Source of the DNA: Syntrophales bacterium
Lineage (GTDB): Bacteria; Desulfobacterota; Syntrophia; Syntrophales; UBA2210
Direction: 5' to 3'
Assembly (NCBI GenBank): GCA_036825195.1
Contig: DAISYQ010000002.1
Span: forward strand, 37,802-101,801
DNA length: 64,000 nt
Both the position numbers and the translations under genes were made by a program. Under the pieces are notes generated by a model. That model saw only the letters and a list, made by a program, of their open reading frames with translations. It was not told the DNA's origin and ran no database searches. Below, piece after piece: positions 30,738 to 39,692 of the stretch; position 1 is the stretch's first letter; every line of letters starts with the position of its first letter.

Positions 30738-31547
30738 TTGGAAGATATCGGATACCTGATGGATAGTGAGGATGAGAATATCCGATTGGATATGAAAACC
30801 GATTCAGCTGCTGTCCGCGAACAGGCCACGTGGTGTGGTATCAGGCCGGGGATGCGGGTGCTGGATGCGGGATGCGGACCGGGGATAACAACATCAATCC
30901 TGTATAACATGGTCCAGCCTGGTGGGGCGGTGGTCGGTATAGATTATTCGGAAGATCGGATACGATATGCCAAGGAACATTATGGCAAGGAAGGCGAAGT
31001 AGATTTCTATGTTAACGATTTAACGGGGGATATTAATGGCATAGGAAAATTCGATGTGGTGTGGGTGCGTTTTGTCTTGGAATATTTCCGTGCTGAAAGC
31101 TTGGATATCGTAAAAAAGCTTGTGGGTCTCTTGAATCCCGGCGGTTATATCTGTCTCCTTGATCTTGATCACAACTGTCTCAATCACTATGAATTATCCC
31201 CTCAGATGACGAATTTGTTGCACAGATTTATGGAGAGATTGGATGATGAATATAATTTTGACACCTATGCGGGTCGGAAATTATACTCATACCTTTATGA
31301 CATCGGATTGGAAGATATACAGGTAAACCTGATGGCTCATCGTCTTTCTTATGGGGGAAATGATGATCAGGAGATATTCAACTGGGTCAAGAAGATGGAG
31401 GTGGCGACTAAGAAGTTCAATGCTCTCTTTGAAGATTATCCGGGTGGCGGCAAGATCTTCTCTGAAGAGTTCGAACGGTTTCTCCATGATCCCAGGCGTT
31501 TTACCTATACGGTTATGATATTGTGCAAGGGAAAAATACCCGGGTAG
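30738..31547 (+). CDS. Class I SAM-dependent methyltransferase
   Basis: VLDAGCGPG motif I, VVGIDYS, FDVVWVRFVLEY, LNPGG; TTG start after AGGAGG. Confidence 0.9.
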   Translation: MEDIGYLMDSEDENIRLDMKTDSAAVREQATWCGIRPGMRVLDAGCGPGITTSILYNMVQPGGAVVGIDYSEDRIRYAKEHYGKEGEVDFYVNDLTGDINGIGKFDVVWVRFVLEYFRAESLDIVKKLVGLLNPGGYICLLDLDHNCLNHYELSPQMTNLLHRFMERLDDEYNFDTYAGRKLYSYLYDIGLEDIQVNLMAHRLSYGGNDDQEIFNWVKKMEVATKKFNALFEDYPGGGKIFSEEFERFLHDPRRFTYTVMILCKGKIPG

Positions 31548-31676
31548 ATTGTAAAAATGACATTCAACGAATAAGAAGAATCGTTAATGGTGGCAGAGTC
31601 TATTGGGCTTGTCTTAACTTATTAAGAATGAGACCGTATTTTAAGGTACCCCGCTCTTTTTAAAGGAACTTCTCGG

Positions 31677-33965
31677 TTATACCTGTTCGAGATAAAACCC
31701 CTTTTCTTCGAAAAGCTTCAGGCAGGCATCCACAACTTCCGGATCGTATAAAGTGTCTCTGCCTTGGCGTATCTCTTCTAGTGCTTTGGCTATACCCAGC
31801 GATGGGCGGTATGGTCTGTTGGTTGCCATCGCTTCTACTACATCGGCAACCGCAATAACCCTTGACTCTACAAGAATATCATCGCGAAGAAGCTTGGCCG
31901 GATATCCCGAGCCATCAAGCTTTTCGTGGTGCTGGCGTACAATCTGGGCAACCGGGTACATGAACTCGATATTTTTTAAGATATTATACCCTGCCTCAGG
32001 ATGGGTCTTTATCATGTTGAATTCGATAGCGGTCAGTTGACCGGGTTTACTGAGGATTTCTGCAGGAACATTTATCTTTCCGATGTCATGTATCATTGCT
32101 GCCATTCGAATGCCGCTGATTTTGTCTTCATCAAGATTCATCTCTTCGGCAATGGCAACGGCTATGTCCATTACCCTTTTCTGATGACCGGATGTGTATG
32201 GATCCTTCGATTCTACAATAACAGCCATTGCATTGACCGTGTTTTGCAAGGCCGATTTCAGCATCTCCACATTCTTTTCAATATCGGTAATATCTTTTAT
32301 GGTGCCTATTGCCCCGGCCATCTTACCTGCTGAATCGAGGTTTGGAGAAGCACTTATATTGAAGAGACGCTCACTGCCATCTCTGGTGAGAAGAATTCCC
32401 GTAAAGCTCTTTACAGCTTCCTTATCGGTCTTTATCCGTTCGAAATACCGTATAAAACGCCTTACATCTTTTTTGCCAACGAAGTCAATGAAATACCTTC
32501 CAATAACCTCTTCTTTTTTATAACCGAGTATTTTTTCCCATGCGGGATTAATGTAGTTAAATGCCCAGTCGGCATCTAGGGTATAGATAATATCAGGCGC
32601 ATTTTCCCCTAGTGCCCTGAACTGTTCCTCGCTCTGTCTGATTTTCTGGTATGCTTTGGCGTTATTTATACTGATACCGATCTGGGGTGCTATGCCCATG
32701 AGGAGGTTTATATCGCTCTGGCTGAAGGGCTTTTTTGTTTGCAGATTATCCACAGCCAGTATCCCTTCCGATCTTCCTTCGTATATTATGGGCACACAGA
32801 AAAACGATTTTACGCCCAGCATTTTCATGTATTCGAGTGTTCTTGATGAAACATCCTCTCTGATTCTGTCAACATTATCTATCAGAAATGGTCGTTGTTC
32901 TTTGAATGCCACTACGAATGGTCCGAGTGACCGGGGGTTGTCCAGATGAAACTTTGTTTGCCGGACAAGATCTTCCAGTTCGTGGCTGTATCCATACCCT
33001 GCGGCATATACGAGGTGGAGTCTCTCTTCGTCGGCAAGCATAATCGTTCCCCGGTCGAAATCGAGACGTTTCCGGAGAATATCCATAATGTAAGAAAGGA
33101 GTTGATCGGTATTCAGTATACTCGATGTACCCTGGCCAATCTCTTGGATAAGCAGGGCGTTGTTGTAGCGGGCGTTGGTCTGTTCCAGCAGGTCACCGGC
33201 AATTTCACTGTCGCTTTTAAGCTTTGAGTGAAGCTCCTTCTTCTCCAACCGTTCCGAGTAGGCAAAAAGACTTATTGTGAGCAGAGAACATAAAAGCGCC
33301 AGAATTATCCAGTACGTGGTCGGTAAGAAAAAAAAGAGACCAAGACACAATATGAGGCATAAGGCGGCTGTGTAGTTACTGATACGTGTCCATATGAATG
33401 AAGGGGGTTGTTCCCAGGTAATGATATATGTGCAGGCTTTATCACCTTCGTGCATGCAGGCAGGATGTTCAATCCTGGCAAACTGGTTCGTAAACAACCT
33501 GGCTACCGCCTCAAGTATTCCTGTCCGATTTTCGCACTGGTAGGGTTTTTCCTCAACCCCTTCTTTGGGGGTTACCGTTATCTCGAATTTAGTCTTACCG
33601 AGACGCTTTGTCGTAAGTTCGCATGAGCGACTAAAAAGGGGATATAATTTCTTCTGCAAGGTATAGACGGTTGCAGGAGTCATAAAACCGAGAATATATT
33701 GACGCAAGGGCTGACCGGCTTCGGAGAAAATGGAATAGTGCCCTACCTCTCGAGCGATTTTTGAATTACCTGTCTTATGGACGACGATTTCGTAAAAACG
33801 ATCAATTTGATCCTGCGTAAGCCAGTGTCCTGCATCCTCCAATTGGTAGGTAGTAATTCCTGAATATTCTAGGATAGAATCTATGTCAATTTCAGGATAC
33901 TTTTTTTGAATAAATTCGGTATATATTTTTAAATTTGATGTATTGTAAAGAGGAGTATCATTCAT
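31677..33965 (-). CDS. HD-GYP c-di-GMP phosphodiesterase with N-terminal V4R-like sensor, two TM helices, GAF and PAS
   Basis: EHPACMHEGDKAC (V4R-like), GAF, PAS (APDIIYTLD), HDIGK...HHEKLDGSGYP. Confidence 0.88.
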   Translation of the reverse strand: MNDTPLYNTSNLKIYTEFIQKKYPEIDIDSILEYSGITTYQLEDAGHWLTQDQIDRFYEIVVHKTGNSKIAREVGHYSIFSEAGQPLRQYILGFMTPATVYTLQKKLYPLFSRSCELTTKRLGKTKFEITVTPKEGVEEKPYQCENRTGILEAVARLFTNQFARIEHPACMHEGDKACTYIITWEQPPSFIWTRISNYTAALCLILCLGLFFFLPTTYWIILALLCSLLTISLFAYSERLEKKELHSKLKSDSEIAGDLLEQTNARYNNALLIQEIGQGTSSILNTDQLLSYIMDILRKRLDFDRGTIMLADEERLHLVYAAGYGYSHELEDLVRQTKFHLDNPRSLGPFVVAFKEQRPFLIDNVDRIREDVSSRTLEYMKMLGVKSFFCVPIIYEGRSEGILAVDNLQTKKPFSQSDINLLMGIAPQIGISINNAKAYQKIRQSEEQFRALGENAPDIIYTLDADWAFNYINPAWEKILGYKKEEVIGRYFIDFVGKKDVRRFIRYFERIKTDKEAVKSFTGILLTRDGSERLFNISASPNLDSAGKMAGAIGTIKDITDIEKNVEMLKSALQNTVNAMAVIVESKDPYTSGHQKRVMDIAVAIAEEMNLDEDKISGIRMAAMIHDIGKINVPAEILSKPGQLTAIEFNMIKTHPEAGYNILKNIEFMYPVAQIVRQHHEKLDGSGYPAKLLRDDILVESRVIAVADVVEAMATNRPYRPSLGIAKALEEIRQGRDTLYDPEVVDACLKLFEEKGFYLEQV

Positions 33966-36157
33966 TTCTTAAAGAATTTCTTAATAAAGAATTTCAATAC
34001 ATATCGAAGCTTAATCTTTGTTTTATTCTTCATGTATTCCAGATAATCCGCCCCGTATTGCGTGTCCATGATCCACATGTAATATTGCTTTTCGTATGGT
34101 ACATCATTATTTTCCAGGTAGGTATGAGGATAAACAAGAATGGGGATACTGTCAACTTTATAAATATCTGTCAATTGATCGATAGCACGAGACAGAGTTT
34201 CCCATTGTAAAGTGTATGGATCGGTTACAATGATTTTGATACCATTGAGAAGTTCGGAAAGGTTTAAACCAAAGTCTGACTGATTTACGATCAGAACAGC
34301 CTTCAGTTCATGTCCGTGAATGAGAGAATATACCTTCCAGTCCCTTGTAAGACCATGTCTTCTGTATAACTCTTTCAGAGTATCATCTTTATTGGAATGG
34401 CCATGGTCCAGATCTAAGGCCCCCAACAGCAATCCTCCGGAATGATTTCTATAGAACTGTTCAAGACTATATGAATCTGTGGCAGTAAACTCCCTCAAGG
34501 ACCATTGATCCAGCAGTTTATTTGCTATGGATTTAATCTGGTAATTCTTGTAAGCGAAAAGATCCAGTGAGCAGGCGCTTGCATTATTCAAGTCTCTGGC
34601 GAACCCCCCAAAGAAAAGATTGGGGAATCGATTTTCGGGACGAAAGTAGAACATCATGTAATCCATCTTCACTGCGGGAAGATGATAGAGACCGTCATAA
34701 TAATGTAATATATGTTTTAATACATTGAGCCCGGTATGAGTGGTTACCCCCGGCATCGGTCTGGCTGCAAGGTGATGAACCATCCATGTTCGTTCATACG
34801 CTCGCATTATCGCTGCATGACCGTATATTTGCCCGTTTTTCTGATAGGTGGCATGGGCAGAAATTTCGGGGCTGGCAAGATAAAGCTTTCGATACGTTTC
34901 TTTTAAGGAATCTCTATGCGATTCAACGATTTTATATTTTTTAGGATAGATAAAGCCGGTTGAGAAAAAGAATTCCCACAAGGCATCCATATTTATTTCA
35001 TCCGTGACATGGGTACATGGATCCAATACGTTTCCCAGAATGTTACTTAACTTTCCGTACATGGAAGCATTCATGTCGAGGATTACCAAGCCGCAGCGGA
35101 ACAGCCCTTTTTTTTCTTTCTTGCGGTACAGAACCTGTGCGGTGCACGGTAGTTCCATTGCACCGGAATAGTTGATGCTTAGTTTGTTGATGATCATGCC
35201 TGGAATCAGAACCGATTCATCTTCTTTTTCATATACTGAAAACCCACTGGCGGAAATATCGTGTATATCGCGTTGCATTCTCTCTTTGGAAAAGGGATGT
35301 TCGAATCGTATGTTCGAGGATGGTGCCAATTGCATCCGAGGACTGCGCATCTTTCTCCCCCGAAAGCGGTTGAATTTCTTTAACAGGGGTAAGAGTACGA
35401 TTTCTTTTACAGACATGTTGCTTGTCTGATGAATGAACCGGCAAGGACCGGAGAAGATGACTCGTTGATTTCGGGACAGGGTTAGGGTAAGGGGTTCATC
35501 AGGATTCAACCAGTGAAAAGAATCGTTGGGATCAGGTGTGACTTTGATACGGAAAGAGAATGGGCTGAAATCCAGCAGGTCGCCCCGGGCTACAAACCCG
35601 GTTTGATTGAGTTCGGCGGCAACATCATTACAGGTGTATCGCTTGGCCTGTCGTTTTGCCAGAATGTATCCTTCATCAGGCATCTGTATGATAAAACGAT
35701 CCCTGTTGATTTGCAACAATTTTGCCGGAATGACTATTGCAGCCATACCTTCGTCAATTACCAGGTTCAGGAAACGATGATATTCAAAACTTGTTGCGGT
35801 TTCCTTTGACCATTGACAGGCTATGGTTTCTCCCATACATGGGTCCGGATAGGCGCGTACAAAGATATCTTCTTCATATCGAGGATCCCTCAGATGAACC
35901 CATAGGTATCCCTTGATGAAGTTAAGGTGATTGATCCGGTTGATAAGCTTCCGTTTATTGATCTTGGAAGAAGATTTGGGAGGATTCGTAAGATCTTTAT
36001 GTTGGAATAATCGTGGCGGCAGCAGGAACCTTCTTTCCACCTCCTCACGGGATGGTCTGGTAGGTTTGGCACTGATATCCGCTGTACTCTCCGAGCTGTT
36101 TTTCTTTACAGTTTCAGCATCAAAGAAGATATGGAACCGACCGTCTTTTTTGTTCAC
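33962..36157 (-). CDS. Tandem PilZ-domain protein with a large C-terminal domain (possible GNAT/N-acyltransferase fold)
   Basis: RQAKR + DFSPFS and MRSPR + DISASG PilZ motif pairs; C-terminal YGHAAIMRAYERTWMVHHLAA; ATGA overlap with the HD-GYP gene. Confidence 0.7.
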   Translation of the reverse strand: MNKKDGRFHIFFDAETVKKNSSESTADISAKPTRPSREEVERRFLLPPRLFQHKDLTNPPKSSSKINKRKLINRINHLNFIKGYLWVHLRDPRYEEDIFVRAYPDPCMGETIACQWSKETATSFEYHRFLNLVIDEGMAAIVIPAKLLQINRDRFIIQMPDEGYILAKRQAKRYTCNDVAAELNQTGFVARGDLLDFSPFSFRIKVTPDPNDSFHWLNPDEPLTLTLSRNQRVIFSGPCRFIHQTSNMSVKEIVLLPLLKKFNRFRGRKMRSPRMQLAPSSNIRFEHPFSKERMQRDIHDISASGFSVYEKEDESVLIPGMIINKLSINYSGAMELPCTAQVLYRKKEKKGLFRCGLVILDMNASMYGKLSNILGNVLDPCTHVTDEINMDALWEFFFSTGFIYPKKYKIVESHRDSLKETYRKLYLASPEISAHATYQKNGQIYGHAAIMRAYERTWMVHHLAARPMPGVTTHTGLNVLKHILHYYDGLYHLPAVKMDYMMFYFRPENRFPNLFFGGFARDLNNASACSLDLFAYKNYQIKSIANKLLDQWSLREFTATDSYSLEQFYRNHSGGLLLGALDLDHGHSNKDDTLKELYRRHGLTRDWKVYSLIHGHELKAVLIVNQSDFGLNLSELLNGIKIIVTDPYTLQWETLSRAIDQLTDIYKVDSIPILVYPHTYLENNDVPYEKQYYMWIMDTQYGADYLEYMKNKTKIKLRYVLKFFIKKFFKK

Positions 36158-36415
36158 CTACCCACTCCCGCTTTGCCCTCCGGTATGCTATGGATTATAT
36201 ATCGAAAGGCATATTGCCAAAATTATTTAGTAAAGTAAGCTGTATGTCCGATAGTGATCTGTCCCTATCCGATTCTCGTTCAATAATGATCATCCCCAAT
36301 AACTTAACAACTTCTTGAGTGGTCTTTCGGGTTCCTTATACAGCGTATAGTGATATAAGATCACATAAGTCACTGATTCATTTTGTGTTTCGAATATTTT
36401 AACACAAATCTTTTA

Positions 36416-36697
36416 TTAAATATCCATGCTGCTTTTCAATTTTCTGGAGCATCTGAAGGATACCACCCGGCGCGCGTCCAGTGTCAACTCGTTTCCTGTC
36501 TGTGGATTGCGGCCCCTTCGCAGATTTTTCGCTTTTACCGACCACTTGCCGAATCCGGATATGAGGACATCATTTCCCTTTTCCAGTTCTTTTTTGATTA
36601 GTTCAAACGTGCTTTCTACTATCTGTACACTCTTTTCTTTCGAGAATCCCGTGTCTGTATGGAGGTTTCTGACGAGACTTGCTTTTGTAAGGGTCAT
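36416..36697 (-). CDS. ihfA: Integration host factor alpha-like / HU-family DNA-binding protein
   Basis: LTKA, VLISGFGKW, RRGRNPQTG, RRVVSFR. Confidence 0.85.
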   Translation of the reverse strand: MTLTKASLVRNLHTDTGFSKEKSVQIVESTFELIKKELEKGNDVLISGFGKWSVKAKNLRRGRNPQTGNELTLDARRVVSFRCSRKLKSSMDI

Positions 36698-36787
36698 AAC
36701 ATTGTTACCTTTCTGGAGTGTGTAGTGATTCCCGGAATATTGAAAGGTGTCCCTTCTCTCCTGGAGAGAAGGGACACCGACTTCGTA

Positions 36788-37930
36788 TTACCGGGCTTGA
36801 AGTACTCTGCCTATCGTCAGTATTTCTGCTTCTTTTGTCCCTTCGTATAGCTCAAGTATCTTGGCGTCTCTGTACCACTTCTGTACCTTATATTCCTCAA
36901 TGTATCCGTACCCGCCGTGGATTTCAACGGCGGCATTGGCACAGAATACGGCGGTCTGGCCACCGTAGTATTTGGCCATTGCCCCGAGGTGAAAATCGGG
37001 ATGGCCCGCATCCACCGAGCAGGCGGCTTTGTAGACAAGATTTCTCAGAGCTTCGGTCCTGATCGCCATCTCCGTCAGCTTCTGCATGGTAATCTGAAAC
37101 GTACCGAGTGGTTTGCCGAAAGCCGTTCGCTCTTTGGAATACTTGATCGCCTCATCTAGACATCCCTGAGCGAGTCCGAGCGCCTGTGCGGCTACCATGA
37201 TTCGTGTTATGTCAAAGAAATGCATCAACTGGTAAAAACCTCTTCCCTCTTTACCGATCAGATTTTCCTGAGGCACCCGTACATCTTCGAGAGCGATCTC
37301 CGCGGTATCGCTGGCCCTGATCCCCATCTTGCCGTGGATCTTGGTTCGGGTAATACCCGGGGCATCGGCGGGAACCAGAATCTGACTGAATCTTTGATGC
37401 GTTTTTTCGTCGGGATTGGTGATGCACTGGCATACCATCCAGTCGCAGACGGTTCCATTGGTAATGAACATCTTATTCCCGTTGATGATATAGTCATTAC
37501 CATCTTTCACCGCTCTCGTTCCGTATCCTGCCACGTCTGTTCCGGCGTTCGGTTCTGTGAATGCGCCGGCGCTTACCTGTTCACCCCTGCATACAGGGGG
37601 CAGGTATTGTTGCTTCTGTTCTTCCGTACCAAAGAAGTATACCGCCTCGCATCCGAATCCCGCCGCCGCTATGTTGAGGCCGATCCCCATATCGACCCTG
37701 GAGAGTTGTTCGGTTACCAGAGCGTTGCCAAATATTCCAACGCCTGACCCGCCATATTCTTCCGGAATCCATGCACATACGAGGCCGTTCTCAGCGCCTT
37801 TCTTTCTGATCTCCGGTGTGTACTTTTCTTCCCTGTCACATTCTTCCGAGATGGGCGTGATTTCCGTCTGTGCGAATTTGTAGGCCATATCCTGCAACAT
37901 CTTCATTTCTTCGGACAGTTCAAAATCCAT
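36788..37930 (-). CDS. Acyl-CoA dehydrogenase
   Basis: MDFELSEE start with GGAGG RBS; FTEPNAGTD, KMFITNG, KMGIRASDT, IHGGYGY, YEGT. Confidence 0.95.
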   Translation of the reverse strand: MDFELSEEMKMLQDMAYKFAQTEITPISEECDREEKYTPEIRKKGAENGLVCAWIPEEYGGSGVGIFGNALVTEQLSRVDMGIGLNIAAAGFGCEAVYFFGTEEQKQQYLPPVCRGEQVSAGAFTEPNAGTDVAGYGTRAVKDGNDYIINGNKMFITNGTVCDWMVCQCITNPDEKTHQRFSQILVPADAPGITRTKIHGKMGIRASDTAEIALEDVRVPQENLIGKEGRGFYQLMHFFDITRIMVAAQALGLAQGCLDEAIKYSKERTAFGKPLGTFQITMQKLTEMAIRTEALRNLVYKAACSVDAGHPDFHLGAMAKYYGGQTAVFCANAAVEIHGGYGYIEEYKVQKWYRDAKILELYEGTKEAEILTIGRVLQAR

Positions 37931-38099
37931 ACGTTCCTCCTTTTTTTCGCACACCGTAATGCATAAGGAAGATATGCCAAACGTCCCAGCATTATCATGG
38001 CATGCTTTTATTTTGTAAATACCACTTTAGTATGAAACTTATATTGTCTTGGAGAATTCCTGTCAATAATTATGACGACTTAAAAACGTGTCTCGGTTT

Positions 38100-38951
38100 T
38101 CAGCTGTAATCGTATACCCCTTTCCCTATTTTCCTGCCGTATCGCTGTGCCCTTACCAGTTGTTTCAGCAAGGGGGCGGGGCGATATTTATCGCCCAGTT
38201 CTTTGTGGAGCCCTTCCATTACATGGAGCAATGTGTCCAGGCCAACAAGGTCTGAGAGTGCCAGGGGGCCGATCGGGTGGTTACATCCCAGTACCATTCC
38301 CTTATCTATATCTTCAGCACTTGCGATTCCCTCGCCGAGGGTATAAAAAGCCTCATTCAACATGGTGCACAGGACTCTGTTGACGGCGAAGGCGGGGGCT
38401 TCCTTAACAACGATAACCTCTTTGCCTATCTTTTCCCCCCATTTTTTCGCGATCTCCAGTGTCTCTTCGGATGTTTCATACCCCTTTATGATTTCCAGAA
38501 GACGCATAACCGGTACCGGATTGAAAAAATGGGTTCCTATGAATTTGTCCGGTCTTTTTGTTATGGATGCCATCTCTGTGATACTGAGGCCGGATGTATT
38601 GGTGAAGAAGAGACAGTGGTCCGGGACAATCTCTTCAAGTTCGGTATACACCTTTTTTTTGACATCCATTACCTCTATAATCACTTCAACCACAATATCG
38701 GCATCGCTCGCCGCTTCTTTCATATCGAGTGTGGGTGTAAGTCTTCCGATGATGGCGTCCATTTCTTTCGGTTCCATCTTCCCCTTCGATACACTCCGGG
38801 CGAGATTTTTCTGTATGGTGTTCATCCCCCCGTCTATAAACCGCTGTTCGATATCCCTCATGGAGACATCATAACCCGCTTGTGCGCAGACCTGGGCGAT
38901 TCCACAGCCCATCAGGCCTGCCCCCAAGACGCACACCTTTCTTATTTCCAT
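38100..38951 (-). CDS. hbd: 3-hydroxybutyryl-CoA (3-hydroxyacyl-CoA) dehydrogenase
   Basis: [11 protein letters not shown] Rossmann motif, [26 protein letters not shown]. Confidence 0.93.
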   Translation of the reverse strand: MEIRKVCVLGAGLMGCGIAQVCAQAGYDVSMRDIEQRFIDGGMNTIQKNLARSVSKGKMEPKEMDAIIGRLTPTLDMKEAASDADIVVEVIIEVMDVKKKVYTELEEIVPDHCLFFTNTSGLSITEMASITKRPDKFIGTHFFNPVPVMRLLEIIKGYETSEETLEIAKKWGEKIGKEVIVVKEAPAFAVNRVLCTMLNEAFYTLGEGIASAEDIDKGMVLGCNHPIGPLALSDLVGLDTLLHVMEGLHKELGDKYRPAPLLKQLVRAQRYGRKIGKGVYDYS

Positions 38952-39366
38952 GCATGTTACCTCCTTTCTGATTTATTTTCTGTGACAACTCTCTGCTGTC
39001 ACGTGATACTCGGTATGTAATGGTATGGATAAGGCTTGAAGGTGCTTCGAACTACTATACTAGATATTAACCCCCTATACATCACTATTATAGGAGCCGA
39101 TGTTGTGTCAATAAGATATACCAATTTTTACATAAAAAGGTGGAATAGGAGCACATCATGGAAGATATCTTTGTATTAATTTGAAATCATTGCAATAATA
39201 CAAAAATTAACGGGGGAGATTAACAAATCATAAAAAGATACAAAAAAAGACTTGACAAAGGTGCGGAAGGTAAGGTAGGTGAATAAATAAAGTACCATTT
39301 GGTAATTGCGAAACTACGGGTTGGTGCTGTAGTGGAGCTGTAATTAAAGAAATGGTGCTACTGTCT

Positions 39367-39600
39367 ATGCTTATTATAGAAGGGGAAACATACTTTACGA
39401 TTTCTGATGCGGCAAAGATTTTTGGCGTTTCAACTAAAACTGTCCGCAGCTATATAAATAATGGCATCATTCCTGATCCTCCTGAGGTTCAGTATGGTCT
39501 GCGCACCCTGAAACACTTTCCTCCGGAATATATGGAGAAGGCTAAAAAGAGCCTCGATACGTATCGCCAAAAGAATGTGCCCTTGAAAGATAAGCGGTAG
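39367..39600 (+). CDS. Small MerR/excisionase-like helix-turn-helix protein
   Basis: YFTISDAAKIFGVSTKTVRSYINNGIIP; start may be 39352 or 39367. Confidence 0.8.
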   Translation: MLIIEGETYFTISDAAKIFGVSTKTVRSYINNGIIPDPPEVQYGLRTLKHFPPEYMEKAKKSLDTYRQKNVPLKDKR

Positions 39601-39692
39601 AACGTTTCGGATGAACCATGTATCATGAAGTAGCGTATCGGGTTGTCAACCTTTGGGCTATCACTCTATAGCCGGATGGAGGTGTTGATACC

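Noticed and set aside
37961-37980. TGGCA-containing sigma-54-like sites upstream of the acyl-CoA dehydrogenase (and near 36210 for the PilZ gene)
   Set aside because: GC dinucleotide is not 12 bp from the GG, so spacing is incompatible with sigma-54
39352-39600. Prophage or ICE excisionase marking a mobile element
   Set aside because: No integrase, att site, tRNA or phage genes in the vicinity
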